A stretch of 64,000 nt of DNA from Mobula birostris (taxonomy: Eukaryota), in contig NC_092381.1 in NCBI RefSeq assembly GCF_030028105.1, positions 71,450,505 to 71,514,504 of the forward strand, given 5' to 3'. Shown here piece after piece: positions 50,004-64,000 of the stretch. The notes below the pieces were generated by a model that ran no database searches, had not been told where the DNA came from, and saw only the letters and a program-made list of their open reading frames with translations. Made by a program: the position numbers and the translations under genes. How positions within the stretch are numbered: the first letter of the stretch is position 1; each line of letters begins with the position of its first letter.

Positions 50004-50649
50004 CTGGAATAAATATGACAAACATAAACGATAAATGTTAGAAAATAGAAACTGTAAATAAATCATCATTTTATACACTTCAGCACTGAATAAAACCAAA
50101 TCCTGGCTACTACCTGGTACAGACATACCGTAATTCTGTTGTATCTGGGAATAAGAAGGATTAGCCCTATGACGAGCCATTGGTCAGTAAACTTTTAAGG
50201 TACGGGATTGTTGAAATAAGGTTAATTACTTTCCCAGTATGAACTCCCTGTGTCAACGGTGAAGTTAGTCCTGTGACTTGCATACCACAGTAGGGCAGTA
50301 AAGCATCGCGTACTTTACTGTGATGTAGTGAAGTATCATGCACTATATGCTTTTAGGGCATAAAGTATCATACCCTACCTATTTATTTCTGATGCTCCCG
50401 TTCTGCTGCCTCTCACTGTAACTCCCTGAAGTTCACCTGCATTAAAATGAGGGTCAGGGAGAGGAACAGGAGCACCAAGGGCCAAGCAGGCGCTGTAGTA
50501 ACTTGACGAAAAATAGGTTGTATAGATATTGGATCCCAAAGGTTACATCCCTTAACCACAACATTACCTTCCACACTTTTTCCGCCATCCCTGAATACTG
50601 CTTTCTGAATACAGCAACAATCCTGATTTGTTTTCTTATCGTCTCTACT

Positions 50650-51030
50650 CCTCACTGCCTCAGTAAAGCAGCCAGCATGATCAAAGACCTCACCCACCCC
50701 AGACCTTCTCTCATCTCCCTACTTCCATCAGGTAGAAGATAGAAAAGCCTGAAAGCATGTATCACCAGGCTCAAGGACAGCTTCTACCCCACCGTTCAAA
50801 AGCTATTGAATAGTTCCCATGTACAGTATGAAGCACAATCTACCTCGCTATGATCTTGCACCTTATCATTTACCTGCTTTGCACTTTCTCTATAGCTGTT
50901 ATATTTTATTCTGCATTGTTATTGCCTTACCTTGTTCTACCTCAGTGCACTGTGTAATCTGTATGAACAAGATGTAAGACGAGCTTTTTACGGTATCTTG
51001 TTACATGTGACAATAATAAACCAATTACAA
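50650..51030 (+). mobile_element. Rex1/L2-type LINE 3' end
   Basis: HCLSKAASMIKDLTHP..LLPSGRR, followed by a tail gacaataataaaccaattac. Confidence 0.65.
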
Positions 51031-52987
51031 TCATACGTTATTCATACAGATCTTTGGAGGTCTTAACTACTTGCCTAACCTGCTGACACCCATCTTCTAT
51101 CCCTATCTCTATTCTCCAAGAGTATCCAATATCTGACCTTCTGGAGATTAGTGTGTCTCACTCATGTTGCAAACTGCTTTATGTGCATTGGATCCCAAGG
51201 AGCTGATGCTACTGAACCTTTTTTAAGTCCCAACCCACATTTTAGTTATGTCATCTTGTTCAAAGTAGAAAGAGGAATGTTCACTCTTTTGGAAGCTGGC
51301 TTTCCATTATTTCTGCTGGAGCTTTCCAGAATTACTGTGAAAAGCTGAGAAAAATAAACAACCTTGGTACATCACTCCCAGAAAAAAGTCACATTTAAAT
51401 TTCTCATGGCATCATTCCTTGTAGCCTTGGGAAATATAAATGTGGGAGCAAATTATTGAGGGTAATATCAATGCAACAAGAGGTGAGGAATCTTAAAACC
51501 CTGAAATTATAAGAAGAAAGAAATACTACAGGATGTAAGTATTTCAATTTATTTTAGGAAATTAAGTTTATTGCAATAGCTTACTGCAGGAAAGGTGTAG
51601 TGTAGCAGTAAGTTGGGTAGAAATATGTTTCTTTTCTGATGTCATGCAGAACTTGACAGAAAAGCAGGACAATGGTCGGAGAAGTTTGCTAAACAGGCAA
51701 GACTCCTCATATTTTTTGAACAATTTAAGAGAGTTGTTAGGACAGGCTTCTCTAATGCAGGAACAGTTGTCAAGTTGAACAAATGAATGAATTTTGTTCT
51801 GAGTTAAGAAATCTTAAAGGAAATTTTTTTTCAGGAAGGCAAGAATCAACTTTGCTGAAAGATAGTTTTATGAATGAAAGATGTCTGAAGAGTTCAGACA
51901 TCTCTGCTGGCAAAGACTTGAATACATTTCACTTGGACCCTTCATCCCTTATAACCCTTATAACATAATCATTTAAGTATGTTATAATTAGCCAGGGTAT
52001 GAATGCCAACTCCTGGAATGTACCATCCGTTACAGATAATCAATTTCCACCGACATTCAGTTATCCATCGGTTAATCAATTCTGAATGCAGACTAATATA
52101 CAATTCTCAATCCCCCGGCTGCTCTAATTTTGATTAATAATCACTTGCACCTGGACAAAAGCCTTCTGAATATCTAAATAAATGACCTTCACTGGTTCTC
52201 CCTTGGCTATTTTGGTGGTCACAACATCAGGAAAATGCAACAGATTTTCCTTTCACGTATTTATATTGATTCTGCTGAATGTTATGACTTAAAAGATTCT
52301 GGCATTTTCTCTACTACCAATGTCAGCTAAATGGTCTGCAATTTCTCATTTTCTTTCTCCCTTTCTTTCTTAAGTAGCAAGGTAACTTTCCAGTGTGTGG
52401 AAAGCATTCTAGAATCTGTGGAGCTTTGGAAGATGACAACCAATGCATCCACTATTTCCATAGCAACCTCTTAAAATTCTGGGACATGGATTCTGGGATG
52501 TGAATTCTTTAATTTCTCCATTCCTTTCTTCACTGATGCTGATTTATCTTACCTCCCATTCTCCATTGCCCTGCAGTTTTCCAATTATTTCCATGTTTTT
52601 AATGTCTTCTATAAAAACAAATACAAAAGTGTTCTGCTGTTTCCTTATTTTCTAATATAAGGTTGTCTTTTCTCGTTCTGCAAAGGATCAACATTATCCT
52701 ATAGTAATCACATCCCTTTTACATATTTATGAAGCTTTTATGGTCCCTTTTCATGTTTCCCACTAGATTACTCTCATATTCTACCTTTCCCTTCCACATT
52801 AAGGCCATGATCCTCTGTTGAATTCTGACATTTTCCTCATCCTTTTGCTTTTAGCAACATTATAACCTTTTGCTTTTAATCTAATCTGGTTTTTTACATC
52901 TCCAGTCATCTGTGGCTGATGTACATTTCCTCTTCGTTTGTGTTTTCAAAGGATATATATTTGTTATAAGTAATGTATTACTTTTTT

Positions 52988-53196
52988 AGCAGCACACACA
53001 AAATGTTGAAGAATCTCAGCAAGTCAGGCAGCATCTATGGAGGGGAATGAACAGTCGACGTTTTGGGATGAAAACCCTCATCTCGGCCCGTCACAGGGAG
53101 TGTTTATTTCCCTCCAAAGATGTTGCCTGACTTATTGAGTTCCTCCAGTATTTTGTGTGTGTTGTTCAAGATTTACAGCATCTGCAGTATCTCTTC
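52988..53196. mobile_element. Palindromic Penelope-terminal-repeat mini-element (inside an old CR1 remnant at ~51900-53600)
   Basis: Inverted arms around aaaaccctcatctcggcccg. tattactt is duplicated on both flanks. Confidence 0.75.
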
Positions 53197-53858
53197 AGAT
53201 TATTACTTCTTTAAACGTTAACTATTCCCTGTCTACTGCTGTACTCTTAAAACAAATTTTCAATCTAGCACAGCCAAACCACCTTGCTATTTGCTCTGCT
53301 TAGGTTTAGGACTATGGTTTTGGATAGAAGTAAATTACTTTTAACCTTATTTAACATTGTATCTTATTATGATCACTTTTACCTTAAAGTCCTTTAGATG
53401 CTACTGTTATTTAATTATATCTCAGCACAATACTAGAACTAAAATAGCATCTACTTCACTGGTCCATCAACATACTGATCTCAAAAATTATCTTATATAC
53501 ACTCCATAAATTTATTCTTCATACTATTACTGCCGGTTTGGTTTGCCCCTAGTTATAGATTAAATTCCCAATGTTTACTATATTTCTCTAGTTACATGTG
53601 TCACTCAATATTGAGGGATGCTAAAAATGTAGATGGTTGTAATTCTTGACAAATTCATACGTTAAAACTCGTCATTATGTTGAGCTTTCAAAGCACAATT
53701 AACATTAGTGGAAATAGAGCGAAAGAAGGAAAAACAAAAAATAATAATCACTCTAAAGGCCTTCAATAGGCAACTCTTAAACAGGCTTTAAAATGAACAT
53801 GAACAGAAGGAAAATACTAAAAAGCTGTCTATTATCAAAATAGTTTGAAACTTTCTTA

Positions 53859-54293
<435 letters not shown>

Positions 54294-55586
54294 TCAATAT
54301 TTCATTTTTGTTCATGCAAATCATTCCCTGATATTTTATCTAAATCCCGTATCAAGGCCCCCATTCAGCTGCTGTCTTGGAGAAATAACCAGCTGAATGC
54401 TTGGTATGGTTCAGCCTGAGGAGCAAGGGAGGGCTCTTGGACGCTTCCACCTTCTCTGCCAGATTGTAATTTGTAGTCTGTTTGTAGTCCGCCTTTTTGT
54501 TTATTGGCATTCCGGCTTCAAGAACTGCTAAAGCTATATGAATATTGGAGTGGAATCCGGCATGTTTGGTGAGAGCAAATGACAAAAAGGTCTCACTTAC
54601 TGAAAGATTTACAGGTACTCATCAAGTAGTTATTGGGTTTGTGTGGATGTAAATAACAGTCAAATCACTTCTATAGCATTTCCCTTTAAATTTATCATAA
54701 AAGACTACAATTGAGTGATTCTGCTCTTTGGGCTCCATTCTGCATCCTGTAAAGTAGTGCTGTGGACAGGAATCCAGCGGCAGAGTTAATTCTTCAAACT
54801 AGATCTTTCTACTCGGTGTCACTAGATACCGGCCAGTGGTATAAACATCTCATAATCTGATTCATTTCTTCACCATTCATATCAAAACAAACTTTGTCCA
54901 CAAAATTATTGGAAAAGTGAAGCACAACAGCATAGCAAGGGGAATCGGGCATGGGGATCTTTGATGAGAAACCAATGAAATTTAGGGACTGTGAAATAAA
55001 CAAAGGAAGAACTGCAATACAAGCTACATTGAGCTACGTGTAAATTAAGAAGCATAAATAAATATACAAGAGGAAAAAGTGGTATTAAGGAAACAAGATG
55101 GAAAGCAAATGTAAATTTTGACATTTTAAAAAATTCTGGGATCACTTCATAACCTGATGAAATGAGACTCCACAAGGTGTCTCTGAATTTAAATTGTCAA
55201 CTATCATAAACTGTTAACAGTGATTTTACCTATTAATCGCTAGATTTAAAATCAAATCAGTGTGTAAGTAAATCAGGAAAGTTCAGAAAGTCAATAGCAG
55301 AATACTATTGATATTGGACCAACGTGCTATTTTGAAGTTCAATGGATATATTCTCCTTTCCACAGATTGCTGGCAACACACTTTCATAACAACATCTGTT
55401 TATCAGCAACACACATTAATAACAACATCTGTTTTTCAGTAAATTCTGGAATATCATTGGTTTAATGTTCACTATATCACCATCTAGCAAAATCATAATC
55501 GAAATTCTGACATACTAGATCAAAAGAAATGTTCACCATTTGGATGTTTACTTAAATCTAAAAGTTTAACATTGCAAATAAGATTA

Positions 55587-55982
<396 letters not shown>

Positions 55983-56402
55983 TTATGCACGCAATTTGCT
56001 TCACTGTTAACAAAGCATGATAATCATGTTTAAGATGGCTAAGTGCTTCTTCCATGCATCGTGTTGCTATAGAAGCCTTTCAGAAGATTGCAAGTTCCTT
56101 CACTTTTCCTGTGCTCAGTTGGTTTATTGCAACTAAAAGACATTATTCCTTTTACAATCAAATGAAAAGAACTTTCATTTATATATAATTTTCATGCTTA
56201 GGATACTTTCCTTGACATCATACACTTGTGGTCAATATTCTCTAAAATCGGTACTCTTGGTTCCATTGGCTTTAAGTTAAGCAGAACTTCGTTTATTAAT
56301 GTTCAGGAAGGCACTTTCCTGAAAATGCATGGAAAGGGAGAAAAAGAGAGATGTAACCCATGCAAAATATATCAGCTAAAAGCACAGAGATGGAAGCTTT
56401 AC

Positions 56403-56478
56403 CTGGTCTGGCTGTGACTCTGCAGGCTATCCACAGAAACAGCACTCCTACAGCAGCCTGCCCTACAATATTTTGCAT
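56403..56478 (-). CDS. CDCP2: CDCP2 coding exon 1 (signal peptide)
   Basis: MQNIVGQAAVGVLFLWIACRVTARP-G|gtaaag, phase 1, in frame with exon 2. A pyrimidine-rich acceptor at 56497-56498 implies an upstream UTR exon. Confidence 0.8.
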
Positions 56479-58612
56479 GCTGAGTGCTCAAGAAAACTAA
56501 AAAAAAAACCAACAAGAAGGCAAAATTATATCATCCTTTACAGTGACATATGAAGTAACACACAGTGGTTGTAGAATTAATAGTGGCATTAATAATTCAC
56601 TAGGAGTCTGAATTAGTAATTTAACCCATCTCTGGTTCCTTTCAGTAAATATTAATGAGCTGGATCCAATGTCTTCATTCTCCACACTGCACTATACAAC
56701 TTGTTATACATTCTTGCGAAAAATGATCTAAATATTTAATTTGCTAAAGTCATAAATATTCTTTCATGAATTTAGGGATGGTCCCATATTCATTAATTAT
56801 TCTATGGAAACTTATACAATTTAAGATTAAAAATGTATGCATTTAACAGATGGTGGGCCAGTTCAAAACTAGTATGCACAAAAGAACCCAAAATGGATTT
56901 TGAAAGCTACAAAGCTGCATGGTTTTAGGACTGTAACTAGAAGCCCATGGATATCAATAGACTCTTTGTTCACTAGCTCCCAACACCAGAATTCTCGGTT
57001 TTAACTAGTTTACATCAATTATATTGAAAAACAAAAATATTTGTCTCAAGAAGTCATTGAATTGAATTTCAAAATTACTTAATCTTTTCAATGCTAAATT
57101 ACATGAGAGAGTCTGGAGGGACATCTTGGATTTTGTTTAGTTATGAGGAAATTTATGGCTGAGAAGTTTACTGACCCTCATATTCTACACTCATACACAA
57201 AGAATACTTGAGCTAGATCTATTTCAGATGAAAAAGAAAGGTTTGTTGTTATCCAGAAAAATAGTGAAGTACATGCAAGTAATGTGTTAGAGTGTTAAGA
57301 AGTTCTTCAATTTAAGTTAGCTCTCTTAATAATTTTTAATAGTGAAATATTTCTTGTTTTACTAAATTAGATAAGTGAGTAGATTGTTCCCTGTTACAAA
57401 ATTTGCGTTTTTTTCAGGCAATAGTTGGCAGTCTGTTGTGTCTCCTTGATCTAGCAGAAGATATTTTACTATTGAAATAAGTATATTTAAATAGAGAATC
57501 TACTGCATTCCATTGAAATGCCTTCGAATAATGGAGTACAGTATCTTCAATTAAAGATGAAATGTAATACGATATCCACTTGTAACTAATCTTACTTCAA
57601 TTATTTAACTTTTGACTGTAACTGACATACTCACTCCATGTCATGTAATTTAATGATTGCTTGATAGAGTCCAACTAGTTCAATCATTGTCGGTCCCCGA
57701 AAAAGTTCTACAGTATTCTGACATTTTCTGATGATACAAATCTACATCTATCAGCCTTGAGGATCCTACTCATCATGATCTTGTTGCTGCACCTTTGTAC
57801 ACTACTCCTCAACACTATGGTGTTGGTCCCTCTGTCTTTTCCATTCTCCACTAGTGGAATGTGGACTGTTCTCCAATGCTAGTGAACCGTATTCACTTGT
57901 GAAATGGATTTTCCCTCTTAACAACATTTACAAAAGTGTGTGGCATAATCAGGCGGTGATAAGCACAGACGGCAGCCATTCACTAAGGACCATAGTGAAA
58001 GAGTCCTCTCATCGCTGGCAATTTCAGGCTCTTGCTTTCGTGGCTTTTGATTAGATGACTAATGCACTTGCAGTGTCTAACAGTAGAGCAATCGGTCATC
58101 CCATGAGGTACCAGTACTGGTAAGATGTAGCCCTGGAGCAGAGGCAGAGATTTGCGGAACATTTGATGGGTTGGACCCTCTCAGAAAGACAGTGTTCCTT
58201 AGTATCACACTGGAAATGCCACTGCTTTACCTTCCTCCCGCGGTGCAGTCAGAGATCAGCCTTATTGCACGATGTGGGGAATTATCATTGCAATAACTGA
58301 TATCACTCATGGTGATCAGTTCTTCAAGAACAGCCACAGGAAATAGAGTCTTTCTCGGTTTTGTCCCCCCCCCCCCATGCTTTTGGTCTCCAGCTGCTCA
58401 CTGCATGATGCCAAAGCTCCGCAGACTACCATGAGTTGTGACACTTGACTTACTGAGTGTTGCTGGGCTCCACCAGGGTGGTGCAGGCCCCAGGAGTGTT
58501 GATTCAACATACAGATGCTCTGCACTATCCCATTAGCAGCTAATTATTGGAGTGTGCCAATGTATAGCCACACAGAGTGAAGAAACTGTGAGCTACCAGG
58601 GTTACTGCTGCC

Positions 58613-59525
58613 TGAATCAGAATCAGGTTTATTGCCACCATCTTGTACGATGTGAAATTTGTTGTCTTGAGGCAGCAGTGCAGTCCAAGGACATAAAATT
58701 ACAATAAAGTACAGAATTAATAGTGAAAAAGGGAATAATAAGGTCGTAACACACACACATCATGCTGGAGGAACTCACCAGGCCAGGCAGCATCTATGGA
58801 AAAGAGTACAGACATCACTTCAGGACTGCTGAAGGGTGTCGGCCCAAAACACCGACTGTACCTTTTCCATTGATGCTGCCTGGCTTGCTGAGTTCCTCCA
58901 GCATTCTGTGTGTGTTACTTGGATTTCCGGCATCTGCAGATTTTCTCTTGTTAATAATAAGGTAGTGTTCACAGCTTCATGAACTGTTCAGAGGTCTGAT
59001 GACAGAGGGGAGAAAGCTGTTCCTGAATTGTTAGTTGCAGGTCCATGGGCTTCTGTACCTCCTTCCTGATGTTAGTAATGAGAAGGGGGATTGTGGTGGA
59101 TGGTGAGAGCCCTTAATGATGGATGCTGCCTCTTGATGACATCCTCGATGGGAGGGAGGGGGGTCAGAAAACTGCAGATTTTATGCCATATATGACTGTG
59201 ACAATAAATCTGGTTCTGATTCTGAGATGAGGAGCAGTAACCTGGTGGCCAAGTTTGCAGCCATCTGCAGCTTCTTGCTATCCTCTGCTTTGCATCGGAG
59301 CCACCGTACCAGGCGATGATTCAACCAGTTCAGAATGCTTTCCACTGTAAGTCTATAGAAGTTTGCAAAAGTCTTTGGTGACATACCAGGTCTCTTCAGA
59401 TTCCAAGTTATACAGAGTCACTGGTATGCCTATTTCATGACTGCATCTATATGCTGGGCCCAGGATCGATCCTCTGAGATGTTGACATCCAGGAGCTTAA
59501 AGCTGCTCACCCTTTCCACCACTGA
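58613..59525 (-). mobile_element. Degraded Rex1-type LINE 3' fragments
   Basis: MSPKTFANFYRLTVESIL and tails aataaacctgattctgattc, homologous to 3030-3700. Confidence 0.7.
58748..58952. mobile_element. Palindromic Penelope-terminal-repeat mini-element with TSD
   Basis: Inverted arms around cttcaggactgctgaagg. aataataaggt is duplicated at 58734-58744 and 58953-58963. Confidence 0.8.
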
Positions 59526-60237
59526 TACCTCAATGAAACCGATGTATGCACGAAGTGCTGACAAGGATAAGACGTAATCTAAATGACAAGGGAGTGGATT
59601 TGCCTTGGCTTCGACAGAAGGTAAAATTGACTTGTGGTACCATAAAGCATTGTAAAAGCAGCTGACAGCAAGCTGTACCCTTGGGAATTCCGTAATTTTG
59701 ATATCCTAATTCTCTCCCCACGTTTCTGACAAGGAAAAGTGAAGTGTGCTTGGTTAAAATGTGTTTACCAAAATTCATATCTGCAGATCCAGAAATATTC
59801 AGTTACACTTAGGCTTTCACTGGCCTGCCATTTTCTCCCGCGGTTTGCTTATTCTGAGAGTATAACGTACAAGCTAAGAAACTCACTGTTCATTTCAATT
59901 CACCATGAGGCTGGACAAAAGTGAATGGTAATGGAACAAGTAAAAAAAACAGAAAAGATGATTCTAGGAGAAAGAAAAGAGCACAATTATCATTTGAAAT
60001 TGTTGAACCCTATACTTGATTCTTCATTTAATCTCTCCTGCCTTTTCACCCTGTCAGGCCTTCTACTCATTTTTTTTTCCTGCTCAGGTTTTCAGTCCTA
60101 TCTCCCCTGTTTCTCATACAGTTACAGATCAATGCTAAAATTTCCATGCTGAAGTTAGATAGTAACATAATACGGGAACCACTGTTGGATTGGCAATGAA
60201 AGGTCAGGAGTGCACAAACAGGTGGAATTGAACTCTG

Positions 60238-61722
60238 AACAAGAGATTCTGCGGATGCTGGAAATCCAGAGCAACACATACAAAATGCTGGAGGAACTTA
60301 GCAAGTCAGGCAACATGTATGGAAATGAATAAACAGACAACGTCTTGGGCCAAGACCCTTAATCAGGACTGAAAGGGAAGGGGGAAGATGCTAGAATAAG
60401 AATGTTGGGGGGAGAGGGAGGATGACAAGCTAGAAGGTGATAGGTGAAGCCAGCTGGGCGAGAGAGAGGGGTGAAGTAGGAATCTGGGAAGTGATAGATG
60501 GAAAAGGTAAGGGCTGGAGAAGAAGGTATTTGATAGGAGAGGAGAGTGGACCATGGGAGAAAGGGAAGGAGGATGGACACTAGATGGAGGTGACAGGCAG
60601 GGAGGAGAAGAAGTAAGAGGCCAGAGCTGGGGATTGAAAAATAGGGAAAGGGAGGAGGAAAAAATTACCAGAAGTTGGAGGAATCCATGTTCATGCAATC
60701 AGGTTGGAGGCTTTCTAGTTATAAGGTGTTGCTCCTTCAACCTGAGAGTGGCCTCATTACGATAGAAGAGGTGGCCATGGATCGACATGTCAGAACAGGA
60801 ATAGAGATAGGAATTAAAATGTTTAGTCACTGGGGAATCCAGTTTTTTGCATTTGGAGCAGAGGTGCTTGACAAAATAGTCCCCCAATCTACATTGTGTT
60901 TCACCAGTGTAGAGGAGGTCACATCGGAATCATTGGATACAGTAGACGATCCCAACAGATTCACAGGTGGAGTGTTGCCTCAGCTGGAAGGACTGTTTGG
61001 GGCCCTGGATGGAGGTGAGGGAGGAGGTGAATGGCAGGTGTAGAACTTCAGCCTCTTGCAGGGGTAAGTGCCAGAAGGGAAATTAGTGGGGAGGGACGAA
61101 TGGACAAGGGAATCCCCGTGGAAAGCTGAGAGTGGGGAGGAGGTAAAGATGTGTTTGGTGTTAGGGTCCTGTTGGAGAATGATGTGCTAGATGCGAAGGC
61201 TCATGGGGTGGTAGATGAGGACAAGAGGAAGTCTATCCCTGTTAAGATGGCAGGAAGATGGGGTGAGCGTGGATGTCCAGGAAACAGATGAGATGTGAGT
61301 GAGTATCAATGGGAGGAATAGTCTTTGAAGAAGGAGGACATGTCTGATGCCCTGGAAAAGAAAGCTTCATCCTAGGAACAGAAGTGGGATCAGAAAGGAA
61401 CTGAGAAAAAGGAATGGAATTTTTACAGGATACAGCGTGAGAAAAAGTGTAGTCAAGATGGCTATGGAAATTGATAGGTTTATAAAAGATATTGGTAGAC
61501 AGTTTGATTCCAGAAATGGCGAATGAGAAGGAGGAGAGAGGTGTCAGAAATGGACCAAGTGAACTTAAGGGCACAGTGGAAATTGGAGGCAAAGTTGATG
61601 AAATTGATGAGCTCAGCATGGCGGCACGAAGCAGCACCAGTGCAATTGTCAATGTAGCCCAGGAAGAGTTGGGGAGCATTACCAGAGAAGGCTTGGAACA
61701 CGAACTGCTCCACATAGCCAAT
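60238..61722 (-). mobile_element. Older Penelope-like element (RT C-terminal half, GIY-YIG, terminal repeat)
   Basis: PQLFLGYIDN..FASNFHCALKFTWSISDTSL and FYKPINFHSHLDYTFSHAVSCKNSIPFSQFL. Terminal repeat at 60238-60370. Confidence 0.88.
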
Positions 61723-62407
61723 TTAGATGAATTCCAATCTATTTTCCATTTCTCTCCTGTAGTGTTTCTTAATGAATCATCTCCTCTGCTTATACTTTCT
61801 CCAATTTTTGCCTTCTTTCTGTGTCCATGTTTGTTTCTTTTAATGGTCACTAGTTTTGATTATTCTTTAATTTTGTAGTCACTGTCTTCCCTCCAATTGA
61901 TTTCAATACCTGCATTCTTTATGATTAATATTTATTGCTCTCTCCTGATAGATTAAACGAGGCTGTTTCTCCAGGTGGATAGAAGACCGGCAGAAGAACC
62001 ATTTTGTCATGTATGCCCTATCACAGGAGGTAGGTTATTATTATCGAGCAGACCAATTAGAGAAACAGAAAAGTCTGGCATTTCTTTTAACTAGCACTAA
62101 TTCACCTTTACTTTTCTTTGCAGGTTACAGGAGTGCGAATCCCACTGCTCTGCAATTTGGAAAGCGAAACTACCTCTACATCATTTACAAATACCAGTAA
62201 CAAAGTGACAGCTACCGATAATAATCTCCAGTTCCTATTTGCTTTTCACTTCCATCCGTCGTACACTTGCCTTTTGTTTCAAACACTTTTGCCTTGTCTC
62301 ATTCTTGAACTGCAAGGAATAGATCTCTAGGGTTAATCATACAGTCATAAAACACTCTTGTGCAAATTCTTAGCACTGACATTTTGCAGGATGTTGCCTG
62401 TTCTACT

Positions 62408-64000
62408 TGTGACCCTCAGATTCTGTTGCCTGTGTAAGCCTAGGGAAGACAATCTCTGGCCCCGCCAAACACGTGAGATTGAGGTGCAAAACCTGTTTGT
62501 GTGGATGCTGTGTGAGGTGTTACCCTGTTACAAATCAGTACCACAAAATAACAGACAGTATCATCATCATCATCAGGTGGCGTGCCCAGTTTGAGCTTTG
62601 ACTGCCATGGTCCACACACCCCTGTTTCGGGTCAAGTGGATCAATTCATTGGTATTCATTTCCAGTTCTCTGGCTGCTGTCTCCATCATCATTTGTCTTT
62701 GCCTTCCTCTTGCTTTCTTCCCTTCAGTCTTTCCCATAATTACTGTGCATTCTAACTCCTCTTTTCCCAATCACATGTCCAATGAAGTTACGTTGCCTTT
62801 TCATGATCTCATACATTATTTCTCTTTTTATGTTTGCTCTGTTCATGACATCCTCGTTAGATATTTGTTTCGTCCATGATGTTCTTTGCATCCTCCTCAA
62901 AAACCACATCTCTGCTGCTTCAATTTGTTTCCTCATGCTTCTGGATATTGTCCAACATTCTGAGCCATATGACATAACTGGATAAACGTAACATTTCAGT
63001 ACTCTGAGGCAGGTTGTCATGCCTAGTTTAGTATTTGTCAGTATACTCTTCATTCTCGTAAAGGTGTCTTTTGCCATCCCTATTCTTCTTTTGATGTCCA
63101 TATCATACCTGCCATCTGATGTCACCCAGCTTCCTAAGTAGCAAAAGTTCTGTACTTGTTTTATGTCTTCCCCGTTTATTTTCAGCCTGCAAATAGGATT
63201 CTCCTTTTTTTTGGATATCACCATACATTCTGTCTTTTTGCAATTGATAGACAGACCCATTTTTGCACTTTCTCCAACAACTATATCAATTAAGTTTTTT
63301 AGTTCTTCCTCCGTACTTGCAATTAACACAGTGTCATCCGCCTATCTGAAATTATTGATGTTTTCACTGCCAACTTTGATTCTCAAGATGTCTCTTATTT
63401 TTTTTAATATTGTTTCACTGTACACATTAAACAAATCAGGGGAGAAAACACACCCTTGTCTAACGCCTCTCTTGATTTTCGTAAACTGACTCACTTCTCC
63501 ATCTATTCTTACAGCGGCAGTTTGTTCCCAGTACAGATTTCTGATTAGGCGGAGGTCTTTCGAATCTAGATCTAGAGTTTCCTGTAATATTTCAAATAAC
63601 TTAATGTGCTTCACTTCATCAAATGCTTTTGCATAGTCGATAAAACTACAGTATACCATAAAAACAGACAGTATACCATATGCAATTAAGCGATTTATCT
63701 TTATAATTCTTAATTTGACTAAAGGGTTAGTAAAGAAAAACAAAAAGGAAAAGGCCCATTTTAGTGAAACAGTCTAATGTGCACAAGTTAGAGCTCGCAG
63801 TTTCCCTTCGTTGGTCCTCCATCAACTTCCCTGGGTTTCGTTGACTCCTGGCCCCACTCCAAGTCCATTCCTTTCTGGTGTCTACAACCTCTCCTTTTTG
63901 GCCCCTTCTCTCTCAATCTCTTGCCAAACAAAAGACCTAGATCACCTCGGTGTTGGGCACACAGCACGAAAACACACTCCCCCATTGGATGGCTCACATT
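62408..64000 (-). mobile_element. Gypsy-type LTR related to 38355-39068, split by an RTE and running off the window
   Basis: Shares ccccgccaaac..gtttgtgtggatgctgtgtga..aaataacagacagtataccatatgc with the reverse complement of the Gypsy LTR. Terminus tgtgacc at 62408. Confidence 0.75.
62561..63650 (-). mobile_element. RTE-clade LINE, 5'-truncated
   Basis: FIDYAKAFDEVKH..RGVRQGCVFSPDLFNVYSE..INNFR*ADDTVLIAS..FCYLGSWVTSDG..IEAAEMWFLRRM, with a (gat)n tail. Confidence 0.93.

Noticed and set aside
62095-62140. CDCP2 non-coding first exon donor (AAG|GTGAAT on the minus strand)
   Set aside because: A plausible motif, but unsupported without transcript data.

Overview
Eukaryotic, repeat-dense vertebrate DNA. 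The CR1, Penelope and Rex repeat content suggests a cartilaginous fish, probably a ray (inference). It carries the conserved vertebrate gene block TMEM59 (- strand, first coding exon only), TCEANC2 (+ strand, 4 coding exons, 203 aa, head-to-head with TMEM59) and CDCP2 (- strand, 6 coding exons, 539 aa), with splice sites and phases checked by hand. The rest is nested transposable elements (CR1, Rex1/Babar, L1, RTE, Penelope, Gypsy, hAT, Tigger, Chapaev, SINEs), a 31-bp minisatellite and a 908-N gap. The most notable observations are: (1) a defective Gypsy element that carries three joined pieces of a sarcomeric myosin heavy-chain rod inside pol; (2) minimal hammerhead ribozyme motifs in the Penelope terminal repeats, plus ~200-bp palindromic mini-elements whose fold-back axis sits on the ribozyme; (3) a Tigger4-like element that closely resembles the mammalian family; (4) a circularly permuted single-LTR element replacing part of a CR1. 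All family assignments are from recalled motifs, not database searches.
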